A DNA stretch of 64,000 nt from Selaginella moellendorffii (Eukaryota > Plantae > Lycopodiophyta), in the NCBI RefSeq assembly GCF_000143415.4, contig NW_003314323.1:872499-936498 (forward strand), read 5' to 3'. Position 1 is the first letter of the stretch. Every line of letters starts with the position of its first letter. The translations under genes and the position numbers were made by a program. Below, piece after piece: positions 61,883-64,000 of this stretch. Below the pieces are notes generated by a model, which was given only the letters and a program-made list of their open reading frames with translations, ran no database searches and was not told where the DNA came from.

Positions 61883-63631
61883 ATGAGAAGGATCTTACGA
61901 TCACTGTCGACAGTGCCGAATGGAGCTGGCTGTGATCCGCACTTGAGTTTGAGCCGCTACGTCGAGGTACTGACGAAGAGAGAGTTCGAGGACAGGGCCG
62001 AGAGGCAGGCTGCTAGTGAGTCACGGAGGTTGTCGAGGAGATCCATCTATAGAGATCAAGACGGTCCCAGGAGCAGCGGCACCAGTGTGGAAGTGAATCA
62101 AGAGCTCAAGAAAGAGCTGGATCGTCTGGAAGAACTGCAGCAGCAACAACGATTAGGAAGGACTGAGAGAGATGAGATCAAAACTTACGAAACGCTTCTT
62201 CGGCAGTGTACAGCAACCAAAGCACTCGAAGGAGGCAAACGCTTGCACCACCTTCTGCTGGAAACCAGGCTGATTGAGAGCGTATTCCTCGCCAATCTTC
62301 TCATCCAAATGTATGGAACCTGCGGCCAGCACCAGGAAGCTTTGGCAGTCTTCCAGGGCCTCAAATCGCCCAACGTCTTTTCTTGGAACATCATCATCTC
62401 GGCATACACCCAGAACGGGCACCTGCAGGAAGCCAGGGAACTTTTCAGCCGCATGCCAAAGAAAAACGTCGTTACCTGGAACACCATGATCGCAGCGTTT
62501 GTTCACAGCGGCCAAAGCCAGGAAGCACTGGACCTGTTTGATGAAATGGGCGAGGAGCTGAACAAGATCACTTTGATCCACGCTCTCCAAGCCTGTGAGA
62601 GCCTCGGAGCTCTAGAAAAAGCCCAAGAGATCCACTCCAGAATCATCAAGCTGGGATGGGAGTCGCACACCATCCTGTCCACTGCTCTCTTCAACGTCTT
62701 CGCCAAGCACGGCAGCATGCTTCAAGCTCGAGCCATCTTCGAGAAAATGCCACACCGCGACGTTGTCTGCTGGAACTCGATGGTCGCTGGCTATGCCCGA
62801 CGAGGACATATCGAAGAAGCCATGAAGCTCTTCCTCTCCATGACCGTCCGGAACGCCTCGTCTTGGAACTCCATCATCACGGCCTACGTCCAGTCGGGCC
62901 ACAGCAAGGAAGCCTTCGGTCTCTTCAAAGCGATGGACCTGGAGGGCGTTGAGGCCACGAAGATCACCTTCCTAGCGGTTCTCGGCGCTTGCACTGGCAC
63001 GAACTCTCTGGCACACGGAAAACTCGTCCACACTTTGATGGTGGACGCCGGCTTCGCGGTCGACATCACTGCCGCCACTGCTCTGATCACCATGTACGCA
63101 AACTGTGGAGCTCCAGAGGCCTCCAAGGCTGTCTTCCTCCAAATCTCTCATCACAACTGCATCACCTGGGCTTCCCTGGTTGCTGCTTACGCTCACAACG
63201 GCCGTGGAAAGGCCGCTGTGGATTTCTTCCGTCTGATGTGCCTGGAAGCTTTCAAGCCAAACCAGATTGCGTTCGTCAACGTCCTTCACGCTTGTAGCCA
63301 TGGCGGGCTGCTCGAATGCGGGACGAGCTTCTTCCAGTCCATGGTTAGTGACTACGGCCTGGAGCCGATCTTCGAGCACTACGTCTGCATGGTTGATGTT
63401 TTAGGCCGAAGTGGTAGAACAGACATCGCAGAGAACCTGATACTGGAAATGCCGTTTGAGCCTGACGGACTGCCGTGGACGGTGCTGCTGGCAGCTTGCA
63501 AAATCCATCACGACGTGAAACGGGGAGCGAGAGCTGCCGAGAAGATTGTGGAGCTGGATCCAAAGCGATGCGTTGCGTACACGTTGCTCGCAAACGCGTA
63601 CTCGGGATCTGGAAACAAGTTGTTAAAGTAG
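61883..63631 (+). CDS. PLS-class PPR protein with E domain
   Basis: First ATG at 61883 (MRRILRSLST..., targeting-like); NLLIQMYGTCG, VFSWN repeats, MPFEPDGLPWTVLLAAC...YTLLANAY. Confidence 0.95.
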   Translation: MRRILRSLSTVPNGAGCDPHLSLSRYVEVLTKREFEDRAERQAASESRRLSRRSIYRDQDGPRSSGTSVEVNQELKKELDRLEELQQQQRLGRTERDEIKTYETLLRQCTATKALEGGKRLHHLLLETRLIESVFLANLLIQMYGTCGQHQEALAVFQGLKSPNVFSWNIIISAYTQNGHLQEARELFSRMPKKNVVTWNTMIAAFVHSGQSQEALDLFDEMGEELNKITLIHALQACESLGALEKAQEIHSRIIKLGWESHTILSTALFNVFAKHGSMLQARAIFEKMPHRDVVCWNSMVAGYARRGHIEEAMKLFLSMTVRNASSWNSIITAYVQSGHSKEAFGLFKAMDLEGVEATKITFLAVLGACTGTNSLAHGKLVHTLMVDAGFAVDITAATALITMYANCGAPEASKAVFLQISHHNCITWASLVAAYAHNGRGKAAVDFFRLMCLEAFKPNQIAFVNVLHACSHGGLLECGTSFFQSMVSDYGLEPIFEHYVCMVDVLGRSGRTDIAENLILEMPFEPDGLPWTVLLAACKIHHDVKRGARAAEKIVELDPKRCVAYTLLANAYSGSGNKLLK

Positions 63632-63900
63632 ACAAAATCGAAAAGAGCGTCATTGCATACCTGTATCGAACAAGCTCCGCACGAGAGACAAACTATAAAG
63701 AAACAAAACCAGAGCCGGAGAATCCAGAACAAAAAGCTTAACTTTTCTTATTCTGAAAAATCTGTCAGACAAGGATATTGATTTCTTCTAAGCTTCGCTA
63801 GACCTGCACAACCCGCTTCAGTCCCACATAGAATGAAACTCGAACTGTTACCACTTTACTTCCTTTGCTTCTTCTCTCCTCCCCGAAATGGATCGGTCTC

Positions 63901-64000
63901 TCACTCCGGCATCAACTGTGAGATTTTCCCTTCCTCCGCTGCAAGCCTTTGCTCGGACAGCCGCAGCCATATGCACACAGCCGTGAAGCTCACTATCAAG
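63901..64000 (-). CDS. Possible 3' end of a membrane-protein gene running off the window
   Basis: Open frame ...LIVSFTAVCIWLRLSEQRLAAEEGKISQLMPE*; no family recognised. Confidence 0.35.
   Translation of the reverse strand, partial: LIVSFTAVCIWLRLSEQRLAAEEGKISQLMPE

Overview
Eukaryotic land-plant nuclear DNA. Introns of about 50-90 nt, very high gene density, several intronless PLS-class PPR genes and a DMI1/POLLUX gene suggest a lycophyte such as Selaginella; this is an inference, not confirmed by a search. Positions 1-17 kb are an AT-rich repeat block with an (AT)n microsatellite, an old deleted Ty3/gypsy element (3504-7510) and a young non-coding LTR element with intact TSD, PBS and PPT (8040-15277). 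Positions 17-53 kb are a compact gene island: RPP2, FAX7-like, JAZ, TUBBY-like F-box, MYST HAT, pICln, PPR, calmodulin-like, CRM-domain protein, CNOT10, LESV, CSLD, vicilin-like cupin, ATP synthase epsilon, tRNA-iMet, DMI1/POLLUX, an Asp-box sialidase-like gene and EXORDIUM-like. Positions 53-64 kb hold decayed DNA, a PPR pseudogene, an orphan gene with a possible trypsin/3C-like fold and two head-to-head PPR genes. The main oddities are: a circularly permuted, inverted relic that fuses the sialidase-like 5' part to the DMI1 3' part; a T-stem variant initiator tRNA (C64) whose 3' end is mirrored in local retroelement PBSs; a U12-type intron in pICln; and divergent gene pairs with start codons only 6-153 bp apart. 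All alignments and exon structures were read by eye.
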